Assembly (NCBI GenBank): GCA_017962235.1
Contig: JAGCVS010000013.1
Span: 54,418 to 118,417, forward strand
DNA: 64,000 bases
Reading direction: 5' to 3'
Origin: Bacteroidales bacterium
GTDB lineage: Bacteria > Bacteroidota > Bacteroidia > Bacteroidales > UBA932
This document shows positions 30,853 to 41,554 of the stretch, piece after piece. Every line of letters starts with the position of its first letter. The first letter of the stretch is position 1. A model generated the notes under the pieces. The model was not told the DNA's origin. It saw only the letters and a list, made by a program, of their open reading frames with translations, and did no database searches. Position numbers and translations under genes: made by a program.

Positions 30853-31598
30853 TGGCAACTAAGAAAGAAGCACCTGCAGTTCAGCCCGAAGAAGTAAAGG
30901 CAGCTGCTAAGCCCGCTGCAAAGAAGGCCGCTAAGCCCGCAGCAGAAGAGGCTCCCAAGGCAGAGAAGGCAGAGAAACCGGCAAAGGCCGCTAAACCCGC
31001 CGCTAAGCCCGCAGAGAAACCCGCCAAGTCCGCTCCCAAGACCAAGGCATACATGCCTACTCTTCAGAAGCAGTATCGCGAGAGCATCGTGCCTGCTCTG
31101 ATGAAGCAGTTCTCATACACCACTGTAATGCAGGTTCCCCGTCTGGTGAAGATCACCCTCAACGAGGGTGTGGGCCAGGCTACCCAGGACCGCAAGCTGG
31201 TTGAGGTAGCTCAGCAGGAGCTCACCACCATCACCGGCCAGAAGGCAGTTCAGACTGTATCCCGCAAGGATATTTCCAACTTCAAGCTCCGTCGCGGCAT
31301 GCCCATCGGCGCTAAGGTCACCCTCCGTGGCGACAAGATGTACGAGTTCCTGGAGAGGCTCATCGCAGTCTCCCTGCCCCGTATCCGTGACTTCAAGGGT
31401 ATCGCAGAGAACTTTGACGGCCGTGGTAACTACACCCTCGGTATCAAAGAGCAGATTATCTTCCCCGAAATCGACATCGACAAGATCGTGAAGATGATGG
31501 GTATGGAAATCACCTTTGTGACCACCGCTAAGACAGACGAAGAGGCACACGCCCTGCTTCGCGAATTTGGATTACCGTTTAAAAACAATAAGAAATAA
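30852..31598 (+). CDS. rplE: 50S ribosomal protein L5 with a 67-residue Ala/Lys/Pro/Glu-rich N-terminal extension (canonical core starts at Met68, nt 31053)
   Basis: Residues 68-248 ([20 protein letters not shown]...GLPFKNNKK) are canonical L5. The in-frame upstream 201 nt is open and starts with an ATG overlapping the rplX stop (TAATG). Confidence 0.85.
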   Translation: MATKKEAPAVQPEEVKAAAKPAAKKAAKPAAEEAPKAEKAEKPAKAAKPAAKPAEKPAKSAPKTKAYMPTLQKQYRESIVPALMKQFSYTTVMQVPRLVKITLNEGVGQATQDRKLVEVAQQELTTITGQKAVQTVSRKDISNFKLRRGMPIGAKVTLRGDKMYEFLERLIAVSLPRIRDFKGIAENFDGRGNYTLGIKEQIIFPEIDIDKIVKMMGMEITFVTTAKTDEEAHALLREFGLPFKNNKK

Positions 31599-31604
31599 CA
31601 GAGT

Positions 31605-31874
31605 ATGGCAAAGGAATCAATGAAAGCACGCGAGGTTAAGCGCGCGAAATTAGTTGCCAAATATGCAGAGAAACGTGCAGCTTTGAAGGCTGCAGGCGAC
31701 TGGGCTGCTCTTGACAAACTTCCCAAGAACTCGAGCCCCTGCCGTATGCATAACCGTTGTTCTCTTACCGGCCGTCCGAAAGGATATATGCGCCAGTTTG
31801 GTATCAGCCGTATTCAGTTCCGCGAGATGGCTTCCAAGGGCCTCATTCCGGGAGTGAAGAAAGCAAGTTGGTAA
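31605..31874 (+). CDS. rpsN: 30S ribosomal protein S14 (long form)
   Basis: 89 aa; ...[39 protein letters not shown]. Confidence 0.95.
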   Translation: MAKESMKAREVKRAKLVAKYAEKRAALKAAGDWAALDKLPKNSSPCRMHNRCSLTGRPKGYMRQFGISRIQFREMASKGLIPGVKKASW

Positions 31875-31906
31875 ACCAATAGATAATAATAAAAAGATAT
31901 AATAAT

Positions 31907-32302
31907 ATGACTGATCCTATTGCAGATTTGCTTACGAGAATTCGCAATGCTTACGCTGCGGGCCACAAGACCGTGGAAATCCCCGCTTCCAAGCTCAAAT
32001 GCGAGATCGTTCGCGTATTACACGAGAAGGGTTACGTTCTCGCGTACAAGGTCGTTGAGGGTACACCCGCCAACACCATCAAGATCGCGCTCAAGTATCA
32101 CCCCCAGACCAAGAAGGCCGCTATCAAGAAGATTGTTCGCGTAAGCCGTCCCGGTCTGCGCCGCTACACCGGCAGCGATGATATGCCAAGAGTGCTCAAC
32201 GGAATGGGCATCGCCATCATCTCCACCTCCAAGGGTGTCGTTACAGACAAAGAGGCTAAGGACATGAACGTAGGCGGTGAGGTTCTCTGCTATGTTTATT
32301 AA
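31907..32302 (+). CDS. rpsH: 30S ribosomal protein S8
   Basis: 131 aa; MTDPIADLLTRIRNA. Confidence 0.95.
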   Translation: MTDPIADLLTRIRNAYAAGHKTVEIPASKLKCEIVRVLHEKGYVLAYKVVEGTPANTIKIALKYHPQTKKAAIKKIVRVSRPGLRRYTGSDDMPRVLNGMGIAIISTSKGVVTDKEAKDMNVGGEVLCYVY

Positions 32303-32318
32303 TTAAAACTTAAGAATA

Positions 32319-32879
32319 ATGTCACGAATAGGAAAATTACCTGTACACCTTCCCGCTGGCGTAACCGTTGAGGTTACCAACGACAACGTGGTTAAGGTTA
32401 AAGGCCCTCACGGCGAGATGTCCCAGAAAGTGGATCCCGACATCGAAGTCAAGATTGAGGGGAATGTTCTCACGCTGTCTCGTCCCACAGACCAGCCCCG
32501 CCACCGCTCTATGCACGGTCTCTACCGCGCACTGATCGCCAACATGGTGACTGGCTGCCACGAGATGTTCACCGTAAAACAGGAATTGGTGGGTGTTGGT
32601 TATCGTGTTGATGTCCAGGGCCAGATGCTTACTTTCAGCCTTGGTTATTCCCACGACATCCAGTTCCAGCTTCCCAAGGAGGTTAAGGCCGAGGCCGAGG
32701 CTGTGAAGAAGGGTGCCAACCCTGTACTGGTTCTCAAAAGCTGCGATAAGCAATTGCTCGGACAGGTTGCACACAAAGTACGTTCACTCCGCAAGCCTGA
32801 ACCTTACAAGGGTAAGGGTATCAAGTTCGTAGGTGAACAGCTGCGTCGCAAAGCCGGCAAGTCTGCCGCTGCCAAATAA
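32319..32879 (+). CDS. rplF: 50S ribosomal protein L6
   Basis: 186 aa; MSRIGKLPVHLPAGVTVEV. Confidence 0.95.
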   Translation: MSRIGKLPVHLPAGVTVEVTNDNVVKVKGPHGEMSQKVDPDIEVKIEGNVLTLSRPTDQPRHRSMHGLYRALIANMVTGCHEMFTVKQELVGVGYRVDVQGQMLTFSLGYSHDIQFQLPKEVKAEAEAVKKGANPVLVLKSCDKQLLGQVAHKVRSLRKPEPYKGKGIKFVGEQLRRKAGKSAAAK

Positions 32880-32894
32880 CAGGAGGAATGAATT

Positions 32895-33254
32895 ATGATG
32901 ACTAAACAAGAAAGAAGACAAAGAGTCCACTACCGTATACGCAAAGTCGTTAACGGTACACCCGAGCGCCCCCGTATGGTAGTGTTCAGAAGCAATAAGC
33001 AGATCTACGTCCAGGTTGTTGACGACACCAAGGGCGTTACCCTGGCATCGGCATCTTCGCTGGAGAAGGCACTTGCAGAGAAATGCAACGGCCTGAGCGG
33101 CATCGAGGCTGCCAAGGTGGTTGGCGGCTGCATCGCGCAGCGCGCACTGGAGAAAGGCATCAGCACGGTTTCTTTTGACCGTGGAGGCTATCTCTATCAC
33201 GGAAGAGTTAAAAGTTTGGCAGACGCTGCCCGCGAGGGTGGTCTTAAATTCTAA
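32895..33254 (+). CDS. rplR: 50S ribosomal protein L18
   Basis: 119 aa; [13 protein letters not shown]...[26 protein letters not shown]. Confidence 0.95.
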   Translation: MMTKQERRQRVHYRIRKVVNGTPERPRMVVFRSNKQIYVQVVDDTKGVTLASASSLEKALAEKCNGLSGIEAAKVVGGCIAQRALEKGISTVSFDRGGYLYHGRVKSLADAAREGGLKF

Positions 33255-33259
33255 GCGCT

Positions 33260-33778
33260 ATGGCAGATATCAATACCAAGAAAGTTAAAACCGTCGATCT
33301 GGAACTTAAGGACAGACTGGTAGCGGTTCAGAGAGTGACAAAGGTCACCAAGGGCGGCCGTCACTTCAGCTTTGCGGCTATCGTCGTAGTTGGCGACGAG
33401 AACGGTGTCGTAGGCTATGGCCTTGGAAAAGCCAATGAGGTAACTACCGCAATTTCCAAGGGTATCGAAGATGCAAAGAAGAATCTGGTGAAGATCCCTC
33501 TGAGCAAGAAGACTATCCCCCACGAGCAGGAAGCCAAGTTTGGCGGCGCCCGTGTATTCATGAAACCCGCAGCTCCCGGTACCGGTGTGAAGGCCGGTGG
33601 TGCGATGCGTGCCGTATTCGAGGCAGTGGGTGTACATGATGTGATTGCAAAGAGTAAAGGTTCATCCAACCCTCACAATCTGGTAAAAGCCACCGTGGCT
33701 GCTCTGTGCGAAATGCGCGACGCTTACACGGTAGCCGGCCTTCGCGGCATTCCGATGAGCAGGGTATTTAACGGTTAA
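33260..33778 (+). CDS. rpsE: 30S ribosomal protein S5
   Basis: 172 aa; [31 protein letters not shown]. Confidence 0.95.
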   Translation: MADINTKKVKTVDLELKDRLVAVQRVTKVTKGGRHFSFAAIVVVGDENGVVGYGLGKANEVTTAISKGIEDAKKNLVKIPLSKKTIPHEQEAKFGGARVFMKPAAPGTGVKAGGAMRAVFEAVGVHDVIAKSKGSSNPHNLVKATVAALCEMRDAYTVAGLRGIPMSRVFNG

Positions 33779-33792
33779 GGAGATCCAAGACT

Positions 33793-33975
33793 ATGGCAAA
33801 AGTTAAAGTTACCCAGATTAAAAGTATAGCCAGCGCTACCAAGCGTCAGCAGGCCAACATGCAGAGCCTGGGCATTCACAGAATGAACCAGACTGTAGAG
33901 GTCGAGCTCACTCCCGTAATTGCTGGTATGATTGAAAAGGTTCGTCATCTTGTAAAAGTTGAAGAAGTAAAATAA
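33793..33975 (+). CDS. rpmD: 50S ribosomal protein L30
   Basis: 60 aa; MAKVKVTQIKSIASATKRQQANMQSLGI. Confidence 0.9.
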   Translation: MAKVKVTQIKSIASATKRQQANMQSLGIHRMNQTVEVELTPVIAGMIEKVRHLVKVEEVK

Positions 33976-33987
33976 GGAGAAGCAACG

Positions 33988-34434
33988 ATGAAATTACAAA
34001 ATCTCAAACCGGCAGAAGGTTCTACCAAGAGACCCAAACGCATCGGTCGCGGCGAAGGTTCAGGACACGGCGGTACCGCTACCCGCGGTAACAAAGGTGC
34101 CCAGGCTCGCAGTGGTTATTCCCACAAAATCGGATTCGAAGGCGGTCAGATGCCTATTCAGCGTCGTCTCCCCAAATACGGATTCAAGAACCCCACAAGA
34201 GTAGAATTCGCAGTTGTTAACGTATCTGCACTCCAGGCACTCAGCGAGAAGATCGGTTCCGCCACCATCACTGTGGACGACATGATCATCGGCGGTCTGG
34301 TACGCGCAGGTATGCCTGTGAAGGTCCTCGGCAACGGTGACCTCACTGCAAAGTTGGACGTAAGCGCCCATGCATTCAGCAAGAGTGCAGTAGCCAAGAT
34401 TGAGGCTAAGGAGGGCACAACAACACTTCTCTAA
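33988..34434 (+). CDS. rplO: 50S ribosomal protein L15
   Basis: 148 aa; MKLQNLKPAEGSTKRPKRIGRGEGSGHGGTATRGNKG. Confidence 0.95.
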   Translation: MKLQNLKPAEGSTKRPKRIGRGEGSGHGGTATRGNKGAQARSGYSHKIGFEGGQMPIQRRLPKYGFKNPTRVEFAVVNVSALQALSEKIGSATITVDDMIIGGLVRAGMPVKVLGNGDLTAKLDVSAHAFSKSAVAKIEAKEGTTTLL

Positions 34435-34439
34435 CGGCT

Positions 34440-35765
34440 ATGGCAAGTTTTACTCAGACAATTAAGAATATCTGGAAGATAGAGGAACTGCGCAAGCGTA
34501 TTCTCTATACCCTGTTACTGATTGCAGTCTACAGGTTGGGCTGCTACATCGTAATCCCGGGTATCGACGCTTCTCAGCTCACCAATCTCCAGCGTCAATC
34601 ATCCGAGGGCCTGCTCGGCCTTATGAACATGTTCTCGGGTGGTGCTTTCGGCAACGCGTCGGTGTTCGCACTGGGCGTGATGCCGTACATTTCTGCATCC
34701 ATCGTCATCCAGCTTCTGGGTGTGATGTTCCCGTTCTTCCAGCGCCTGCAGCGCGAGGGTGAGAGCGGCCGCAGAAAAATGAACCAGTATACCAGGTATC
34801 TTACAATCGTGATTATCGCCATCCAGGGCCCCGCTTACATCGCCAACATGCGCGCACAGCTTCCCGCAAGCGCGTTCCTGGCAAATATGGGCAGCGGCTG
34901 GTACGCCTTCCTGGCTACCCTCATCCTGCTGGGCGGTTCCATGTTTGTAATGTGGCTGGGCGAGCGCATCACAGACCGCGGCGTGGGTAACGGTATCTCC
35001 CTCATCATCATGATAGGTATCGTGGCCCGTCTCCCTCAGGCTCTCTATCTGGAGCTCATGGAGAAGTTCACAAAGACCACCGGCGGTATCCTGATGTTCA
35101 TCGTTGAGCTCGTGGTGCTCTTCTTCGTGTTCGTTGCCACCATCGCACTGGTACAGGCTGTCCGCAAGGTGCCCGTACAGTACGCTAAACGCGTGGTCGG
35201 CGGCAAGATGTACGGCGGTGTGAAGAACAACATCCCCCTGAAGGTGAATGCGGCAGGCGTAATGCCTATCATATTTGCCCAGGCGATGATGCTCATCCCT
35301 CTGCTGTTCACCCGTTTCAACGTGACCAAGGGTCTTGCAGCGGTGCTCAACAACTCCGTCGGATTCTGGTATAACTTCATCTTCGCCCTGATGGTTATCA
35401 TATTCACCTACTTCTACACAGCGGTGACTATCAACCCTACCAACATGGCAGAAGATCTCAAGAAGAACGGTGGTTTCATCCCCGGCGTGAAGCCTGGCAA
35501 GAAGACCGCTGACTATCTTGATGCGATAATGTCACGCATTACGCTTCCCGGCTCTATCTTCCTGGCAATCGTGGCTATCCTGCCCGCATTCGCCCAGCTG
35601 CTCGGAGTCAACAACCAGTTTGCTCACTTCTACGGCGGCACCTCGCTGCTGATTCTTGTGGGTGTGATACTGGATACCCTCCAGCACATTGAGAGCCACC
35701 TGCTTATGCGCCACTACGATGGTCTGATGAAGACAGGACGTCTTCAGGGCAGATCTGGAATGTAA
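34440..35765 (+). CDS. secY: Preprotein translocase subunit SecY
   Basis: 441 aa with 10 TM segments. Conserved position after rplO; GVMPYISASIVIQLL motif. Confidence 0.95.
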   Translation: MASFTQTIKNIWKIEELRKRILYTLLLIAVYRLGCYIVIPGIDASQLTNLQRQSSEGLLGLMNMFSGGAFGNASVFALGVMPYISASIVIQLLGVMFPFFQRLQREGESGRRKMNQYTRYLTIVIIAIQGPAYIANMRAQLPASAFLANMGSGWYAFLATLILLGGSMFVMWLGERITDRGVGNGISLIIMIGIVARLPQALYLELMEKFTKTTGGILMFIVELVVLFFVFVATIALVQAVRKVPVQYAKRVVGGKMYGGVKNNIPLKVNAAGVMPIIFAQAMMLIPLLFTRFNVTKGLAAVLNNSVGFWYNFIFALMVIIFTYFYTAVTINPTNMAEDLKKNGGFIPGVKPGKKTADYLDAIMSRITLPGSIFLAIVAILPAFAQLLGVNNQFAHFYGGTSLLILVGVILDTLQHIESHLLMRHYDGLMKTGRLQGRSGM

Positions 35766-35789
35766 CAATCTTTTATGTATTCGTAAGGG

Positions 35790-36557
35790 ATGATTCGAGT
35801 AAGGACAGAAGAAGAAATCGAGCTGCTGCGTGAGAATGCAATTCTCGTGTCGCGCACGATTGCGGAGGTGGGCAAGCACATCGTGCCCGGCGTCAAGACC
35901 AAAGAGCTTGACGCGGTTGCGGAGGAATTTATCCGCGACAACGGCGCCACCCCCGGCTTCCTCGGTTACGGCGGATTCCCTTACACCCTGTGTATCTCGG
36001 TCAACGAGTATGTGGTCCACGGGTTCCCTTCGGACTACGAACTCAAGGATGGCGACATCGTCTCCATTGACTGCGGTACCACATACAAAGGGTATAACGG
36101 AGACTCGGCCTATACCTTTGCATGCGGGCAGATTAGTGCGGCTGACCAGGCTTTACTGGATACTACTAAGAGCTCGCTTTTCAAGGGAATCGAGGCCGCC
36201 GTCGCCGGATCCCGTACTGGCGACATCGGATATGCCGTTCAGAGCTACTGCGAAGAGCGCGGATATTCGGTGGTGCGCGAACTGGTGGGGCACGGAATCG
36301 GGCGCAATCTGCACGAAAGCCCCGAAGTGCCCAACTACGGACGCCGCGGCCATGGCGTGAAACTCCCGGAAGGCGCCGTGATATGCATCGAGCCCATGAT
36401 CAATCAGGGCGTTAAGGATGTATATCTTGACGACAACGGATGGGGCGTGTACACCGCCGACCACAAGAAATCGGCTCATTTTGAGATGATGGTTGTGGTG
36501 CGCAAGGGAGCTGCTGAAAGGTTGACCACTTACGAATATATAGAAGGTATTAAATAA
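35790..36557 (+). CDS. map: Type I methionine aminopeptidase
   Basis: 255 aa. Metal ligands sit in the [21 protein letters not shown] and CIEPM contexts. Confidence 0.95.
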   Translation: MIRVRTEEEIELLRENAILVSRTIAEVGKHIVPGVKTKELDAVAEEFIRDNGATPGFLGYGGFPYTLCISVNEYVVHGFPSDYELKDGDIVSIDCGTTYKGYNGDSAYTFACGQISAADQALLDTTKSSLFKGIEAAVAGSRTGDIGYAVQSYCEERGYSVVRELVGHGIGRNLHESPEVPNYGRRGHGVKLPEGAVICIEPMINQGVKDVYLDDNGWGVYTADHKKSAHFEMMVVVRKGAAERLTTYEYIEGIK

Positions 36558-36583
36558 TAATCAAACAACGGAAAACAGCGAAT

Positions 36584-36802
36584 ATGCCAAAACAATCAGC
36601 AATAGAGAAAGACGGTACGATCATCGAGGCTCTGTCAAATGCGATGTTCCGCGTCGAACTTGACAACGGCCATGTGATAATCGCCCACATTTCTGGTAAG
36701 ATGCGTATGCACTATATCAAAATATTGCCGGGTGACAAGGTTAAAGTCGAGATGTCTCCGTATGATTTGACCAAAGGAAGAATTTCCTTCAGATATAAAT
36801 AA
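36584..36802 (+). CDS. infA: Translation initiation factor IF-1
   Basis: 72 aa, S1-like; [34 protein letters not shown]. Confidence 0.95.
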   Translation: MPKQSAIEKDGTIIEALSNAMFRVELDNGHVIIAHISGKMRMHYIKILPGDKVKVEMSPYDLTKGRISFRYK

Positions 36803-36822
36803 CAATAAATACACAAACCAAA

Positions 36823-36939
36823 ATGAAAGTTAAGACTTCCATCAAAAAGCGTAGTGACGATTGCAAGATCGTTAAGCGTAAAGGCCGCTTGTATGTTATT
36901 TGCAAGAAGAATCCGAAATTCAAAATGCGTCAAGCATAA
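36823..36939 (+). CDS. rpmJ: 50S ribosomal protein L36
   Basis: Too short for the ORF track. ATG 36823 to TAA 36937-36939 encodes [38 protein letters not shown] (38 aa). Canonical position between infA and rpsM. Confidence 0.85.
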   Translation: MKVKTSIKKRSDDCKIVKRKGRLYVICKKNPKFKMRQA

Positions 36940-36973
36940 TTTTTAACGAATAATCAATAAAGTAATATAAATT

Positions 36974-37351
36974 ATGGCACGTATAGCCGGAGTTGACTTA
37001 CCAAAAAACAAGCGCGGAGTTATAGGTCTCACCTATATCTACGGTATCGGTCGCAGCTCTTCAGCCAAGATTCTCTCTGAGCTCAACATCGACGAGAACA
37101 TCAAGGTTAAGGACTGGAACGACGACCAGATTGCAGCAATCCGCAGCAAAATCGCTGAGGAGTACAAGATCGAGGGCGAGCTTCGCTCTTCGGTTCAGAT
37201 GAACATTAAACGACTGATGGATATCGGTTGCTATCGCGGCATCCGCCACCGTGTCGGTCTTCCCGTTCGCGGACAGAGCACCAAGAACAATGCACGTACC
37301 CGCAAGGGCCGCAAGAAAACTGTCGCTAACAAGAAGAAAGCTACTAAATAG
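36974..37351 (+). CDS. rpsM: 30S ribosomal protein S13
   Basis: 125 aa; [26 protein letters not shown]. Confidence 0.95.
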   Translation: MARIAGVDLPKNKRGVIGLTYIYGIGRSSSAKILSELNIDENIKVKDWNDDQIAAIRSKIAEEYKIEGELRSSVQMNIKRLMDIGCYRGIRHRVGLPVRGQSTKNNARTRKGRKKTVANKKKATK

Positions 37352-37363
37352 GAGACTTGAATT

Positions 37364-37753
37364 ATGGCTAAAAAGACAACAACAAACAAAAAGAGAGTTG
37401 TTAAGGTTGATGCTTACGGACAACTTCATGTCTCTTCAACTTTCAACAATGTAATCGTAACTATCACCAACTCCACCGGTCAGGTTATCAGCTGGTCTTC
37501 TGCTGGTAAGATGGGCTTCAGGGGTTCCAAGAAGAACACCCCTTACGCAGCTCAGGTTGCCGCTCAGGACGCTGCCAAGGTCCCTTACGACCTGGGTCTG
37601 AGAAAGGTGAAGGCATATGTCAAAGGTCCCGGTTCAGGCCGTGAGTCGGCTATCCGCACCGTGCATGGCGAGGGTATCGAGGTCACCGAGATTATCGATG
37701 TAACTCCGCTGCCGCACAACGGTTGCCGTCCTAAAGGTCGTCGTAAAGTTTAA
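37364..37753 (+). CDS. rpsK: 30S ribosomal protein S11
   Basis: 129 aa; ...[25 protein letters not shown]...[10 protein letters not shown]. Confidence 0.95.
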   Translation: MAKKTTTNKKRVVKVDAYGQLHVSSTFNNVIVTITNSTGQVISWSSAGKMGFRGSKKNTPYAAQVAAQDAAKVPYDLGLRKVKAYVKGPGSGRESAIRTVHGEGIEVTEIIDVTPLPHNGCRPKGRRKV

Positions 37754-37774
37754 TCTTTTAAATCGAATCAGAAT

Positions 37775-38380
37775 ATGGCAAGATATACAGGGCCCAAGAC
37801 CAAAATCGCCCGTAAATTTGGAGAACCGATCTACGGACCGGACAAATATCTGGACAAGAAGAACTACCCTCCGGGACAGCACGGCCTGGCAAAGAAGCGT
37901 AAAAAAACTTCTGAGTACGGCATGCAGCTGGCAGAGAAGCAGAAAGTTAAATATACCTACGGTCTGCTGGAGCGTCAGTTCAGCTCTATGTACGAGAAGG
38001 CTGCAAGGATGAAAGGCCGTACCGGTGAGAACCTCATCATACTCCTCGAGTCCCGCATCGACAACCTGGTTTACCGCATGGGTATAGCTCCCACAAGGGC
38101 TGCTGCACGTCAGCTGGTGAGCCACTGCCACATCACCCGCAACGGTGAAGTTTGCAGCATTCCTTCCACCATTATCCGTCCCGGTGACGTAGTGGGCGTA
38201 CGCGAGCGTTCCAAGAGCCTCGAAGTGGTTCAGGACAGCCTGAGCCGCGGCGCTAACAAGTACTCATGGATTGAGTGGGATGCAGACAAGTGCGCAGGCA
38301 AGTTCCTCAACACCCCTGAGCGCAGCGAGATCCCCGAGACCATCAACGAGCAGCTGATCGTCGAGTTGTACTCCAAGTAG
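37775..38380 (+). CDS. rpsD: 30S ribosomal protein S4
   Basis: 201 aa; [19 protein letters not shown]. Confidence 0.95.
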   Translation: MARYTGPKTKIARKFGEPIYGPDKYLDKKNYPPGQHGLAKKRKKTSEYGMQLAEKQKVKYTYGLLERQFSSMYEKAARMKGRTGENLIILLESRIDNLVYRMGIAPTRAAARQLVSHCHITRNGEVCSIPSTIIRPGDVVGVRERSKSLEVVQDSLSRGANKYSWIEWDADKCAGKFLNTPERSEIPETINEQLIVELYSK

Positions 38381-38420
38381 CAGCGTGAAACAACACTAAC
38401 ACAAAAAAACCGAATCATTT

Positions 38421-39419
38421 ATGGCAATTTTAGCATTCCAAAAACCTGATAAGGTCATAATGCTGGACGCTACCGATACCTTCGGCCGCTTTGAGTTCCG
38501 CCCCCTGGAGCCCGGTTATGCGACCACCGTTGGTAACGCGCTTCGCCGCATTTTGCTCTCATCTCTGGAAGGTTTTGCCATCACCAGCATCCGCATCGAG
38601 GGTGTCAAGCATGAGTTTGACACTATCCCCGGCGTGGTTGAGAACGTGGTGGACATCATCCTCAACCTCAAGCAAATTCGTCTGAAGAGAATGATAGAGA
38701 CCGAAGAGGGCGAAACTGCTACCGTAACTGTTAGTGGAAAGACCGAATTCACTGCTTCTGACCTGGCCAAGAGCCTTTCATCTTTCACAGTCCTCAACCC
38801 CGACCTGCACATCTGCACAATGGAGCCCGACGTGAAAATCGTTATGGACTTCACCATTGGCAAGGGTCGCGGTTATGTCCCTTCAGATGAGAACAAAGAC
38901 GAGAAGGCACCGCTCGGTACAATCGCAATCGACTCGATATTCACCCCTATCAAGAATGTCAACTACCGCAGGGAAGACTGCCGCGTAGAGCAGAAGACCG
39001 ACTACGAGTGCCTGATCCTCGAGATCACCACCGACGGTTCCATCTCCCCTAAGGATGCGCTCAAAGAGGCAGCCAAGATACTCATCTATCACTTCATGCT
39101 GTTCTCAGATGACAAGATCACCCTTGAAGAGAACGTTGCTCCCGAGAGCAAGAACCTCGACGAGGAGTCGCTCCGCACCCGTCATCACCTTATGACCAAA
39201 CTTCAGGACCTCGAGATTTCCGTCCGCGCTCTCAACTGCCTCAAGGCTGTGGAGATCGAGACCATCGCAGACCTGGTTTCCCATAAGAAAGAGGAGCTGA
39301 TGAAGCTGCGCAACTTTGGCAAGAAGTCCCTCACAGAGGTGGTTTACCTTGTAGAGAACAAGCTCAAGCTCAGCTTTGGGATGGACGTTTCTAAGTACAA
39401 CATTGATAAAAAAGAATAA
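38421..39419 (+). CDS. rpoA: DNA-directed RNA polymerase subunit alpha
   Basis: 332 aa. N-terminal assembly domain ([25 protein letters not shown]) and C-terminal alpha-CTD ([23 protein letters not shown]). Confidence 0.95.
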   Translation: MAILAFQKPDKVIMLDATDTFGRFEFRPLEPGYATTVGNALRRILLSSLEGFAITSIRIEGVKHEFDTIPGVVENVVDIILNLKQIRLKRMIETEEGETATVTVSGKTEFTASDLAKSLSSFTVLNPDLHICTMEPDVKIVMDFTIGKGRGYVPSDENKDEKAPLGTIAIDSIFTPIKNVNYRREDCRVEQKTDYECLILEITTDGSISPKDALKEAAKILIYHFMLFSDDKITLEENVAPESKNLDEESLRTRHHLMTKLQDLEISVRALNCLKAVEIETIADLVSHKKEELMKLRNFGKKSLTEVVYLVENKLKLSFGMDVSKYNIDKKE

Positions 39420-39425
39420 CAGGAT

Positions 39426-39938
39426 ATGAGACACAACAGGTCAATTAATCATCTGGGACGTAAAAGCGGCCATCGCAAAGCAATGCTCGCCAACATGGCT
39501 TGCTCGCTTATCATGCACAAGAGAATTGAGACCACAGTTGCAAAGGCAAAGGCGCTGAGAATGTACGTAGAGCCCCTGATCACCAAGTGCAAGGACGATT
39601 CTACCCACTCCCGCCGTACCGTTTTCAGCTATCTCAAGCAGAAAGAGGCCGTTAGCGAACTGTTCCGCGTAGTGGCTCCCAAGATCGGCGACCGTCCGGG
39701 CGGATACACCCGCATCGTGAAGACCGGTTTCCGCGAGGGTGATGCTGCCGACATGGCTATCATCGAACTGGTTGACTTCAACGAGGCTGCACTCGCAGCT
39801 ACCGAGAAGGCTGCCAAGAAGCCCGCTACCCGCCGCAGCCGCAAAGCTGCCCCCAAGGCAGAGAAAGCAGCTCCCGCAGCAGAGGCACCTGCAGCTGAAG
39901 CACCCGCAGCAGAGGCAGAGGCACCCGCAGCAGAGTAG
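39426..39938 (+). CDS. rplQ: 50S ribosomal protein L17 with an Ala/Glu/Pro/Lys-rich C-terminal tail
   Basis: 170 aa. Core [24 protein letters not shown]...IIELVDF; residues 121-170 are low complexity (…[23 protein letters not shown]). Confidence 0.9.
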   Translation: MRHNRSINHLGRKSGHRKAMLANMACSLIMHKRIETTVAKAKALRMYVEPLITKCKDDSTHSRRTVFSYLKQKEAVSELFRVVAPKIGDRPGGYTRIVKTGFREGDAADMAIIELVDFNEAALAATEKAAKKPATRRSRKAAPKAEKAAPAAEAPAAEAPAAEAEAPAAE

Positions 39939-39960
39939 GCTTGTCCCGCTCAAAGATGCC

Positions 39961-40003
39961 GACGCATGTCCGGAAACCCCGGATGTGCGTCGCATTTTTA
40001 TTT
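39961..40003 (+). terminator. Rho-independent terminator closing the ribosomal/rpoA cluster
   Basis: gacgcatgtccgg-aaacc-ccggatgtgcgtc hairpin (G-U / mismatch in the middle) followed by gcatttttattt. Confidence 0.75.
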
Positions 40004-40051
40004 GAGCGCCAAAATGCGTACCTTAGCACTCCAAGTGCAAGAAACGTTCAC

Positions 40052-41554
40052 ATGAAAAAGGCAATTCTCTCTGTTATTTGCCTGATGACGGCCGTGGCTG
40101 GACTCTCTGCCCAGACCGTGACCGACGAGGCTTCCTATCAGTTAAACAAGGCCCGCGACCTCTGGTACAACTCTGCCAACGCGGCCGGCGTAGCCAAAGG
40201 CGACATGGCCCCCTGGCGCAATCTCTCTGCTGGATATAATCTCGGCAAGGGAGACTTTACCGATTCGTGGAACGCGAAATCGCAGACCGGATACGGCGCA
40301 TCCGGCGACATGCTCACCAACCTGGGCGGCTTCAAACTGCTGGCCGATGCTACTTTCTCCAGGGACGAACTGGAACAATGCATGTACAACACCTCTATGT
40401 ACGATGTACGGTGGGACATGCCTTTCTATGTGGCGATGAACACCAGGGAGAGGTTCCCCATGCATCGGATGCGCGCTGCCGCTTCCCTTTCTGCCGTGTC
40501 TCCGCTCATGTTGAACGACAGGTTCTCGATAGCCCTGTCGGGCAGTTTCGATTACAGCAAGGCGTGGCGTCTGGGTTCTGTGACATCAGACTATGCAGCC
40601 CCCGGATTCGAGGTTTCCCCGTCTGTAATCGTAGTGATAGACGATAATAATACCCTCGGAATAGCTGCCCGATACACCAAGGAGACGGGCACCAACGTGG
40701 TATCCACCGGCGACGGAACATCCATCGAGGTGGTGTTCCTCCAGGGACTGGGATATTACATGCCCCGCTGGGCCGGCGGCAACCTGGGGATGGCTCCAAT
40801 TCTGTACAGCACAGACAGCAAAGGGGCATCGATTCAGTACAATCATAAAGCCGACGCAAAGGAGTGGCTGGCAGAGGTATCGCTGGACACCGGTTCCACA
40901 CAGGTGGCAGAGAGCGACGGCGGCCGTGCCAAGGGTGCGGTGAACCGTTATGTGACCAAAGCCGACATCCAGGGTATCTTTGGCGAGAACCGATCCCGCA
41001 AGCTCGATTTGAATGTCACCTACAACCTGTTCTATCAGCTGAACGGCGCCAGCGGCACCGCACAGGGGCAGGGCAGCCTGATTGACGGCGGCCTCAAATA
41101 TACGGCATACACCGGAACCGGCGCCGGGAACTGCTTCAACTTTATGATGGGGGCGGGAATTGATATATCTTCAATGGATCTCTCCCGCGTTACAAACACC
41201 AGTTTTAAGGCCCTCTCGCTGCTGCCGTATGCTTTCGTGGGTAAGAATTTCAGATTCGCAGAGGCACATTCGCTGCTGGCAACCCTTAACGCCGGCTACA
41301 ACTTTGCGATGAACACCAAATACACGCCTCCGGCATCGCTGGCTGCAGGTGACGTAATCGCCAACTTTATGTACGACGATGAGGCCGACTATCTGCACGC
41401 CTATTACGCACGCATCACCGCGGAGGTTACATACACCTTCCGCATCGGGGACGTGCTGTCGCTCTATGCGCGCCCCAGGGGCGGATACATAAAGCCCATG
41501 AACGCCGACGGCGCCCGTGCAATGTGTGACTTCGCTCTGGGAGTAATCTTCTAG
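40052..41554 (+). CDS. Hypothetical secreted protein, probable outer-membrane beta-barrel
   Basis: Start placed at ATG 40052 (MKKAILSVICLMTAVAGLSAQ signal peptide). About 500 aa, rich in alternating aromatic/Gly/Ser/Asn stretches, ending ...CDFALGVIF (aromatic C-terminus). No family recognised with confidence. Confidence 0.6.
   Translation: MKKAILSVICLMTAVAGLSAQTVTDEASYQLNKARDLWYNSANAAGVAKGDMAPWRNLSAGYNLGKGDFTDSWNAKSQTGYGASGDMLTNLGGFKLLADATFSRDELEQCMYNTSMYDVRWDMPFYVAMNTRERFPMHRMRAAASLSAVSPLMLNDRFSIALSGSFDYSKAWRLGSVTSDYAAPGFEVSPSVIVVIDDNNTLGIAARYTKETGTNVVSTGDGTSIEVVFLQGLGYYMPRWAGGNLGMAPILYSTDSKGASIQYNHKADAKEWLAEVSLDTGSTQVAESDGGRAKGAVNRYVTKADIQGIFGENRSRKLDLNVTYNLFYQLNGASGTAQGQGSLIDGGLKYTAYTGTGAGNCFNFMMGAGIDISSMDLSRVTNTSFKALSLLPYAFVGKNFRFAEAHSLLATLNAGYNFAMNTKYTPPASLAAGDVIANFMYDDEADYLHAYYARITAEVTYTFRIGDVLSLYARPRGGYIKPMNADGARAMCDFALGVIF

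Noticed and set aside
39941-40051. Upstream start of the 537-aa ORF
   Set aside because: This segment contains the rplQ terminator hairpin. The signal peptide begins at the ATG at 40052.
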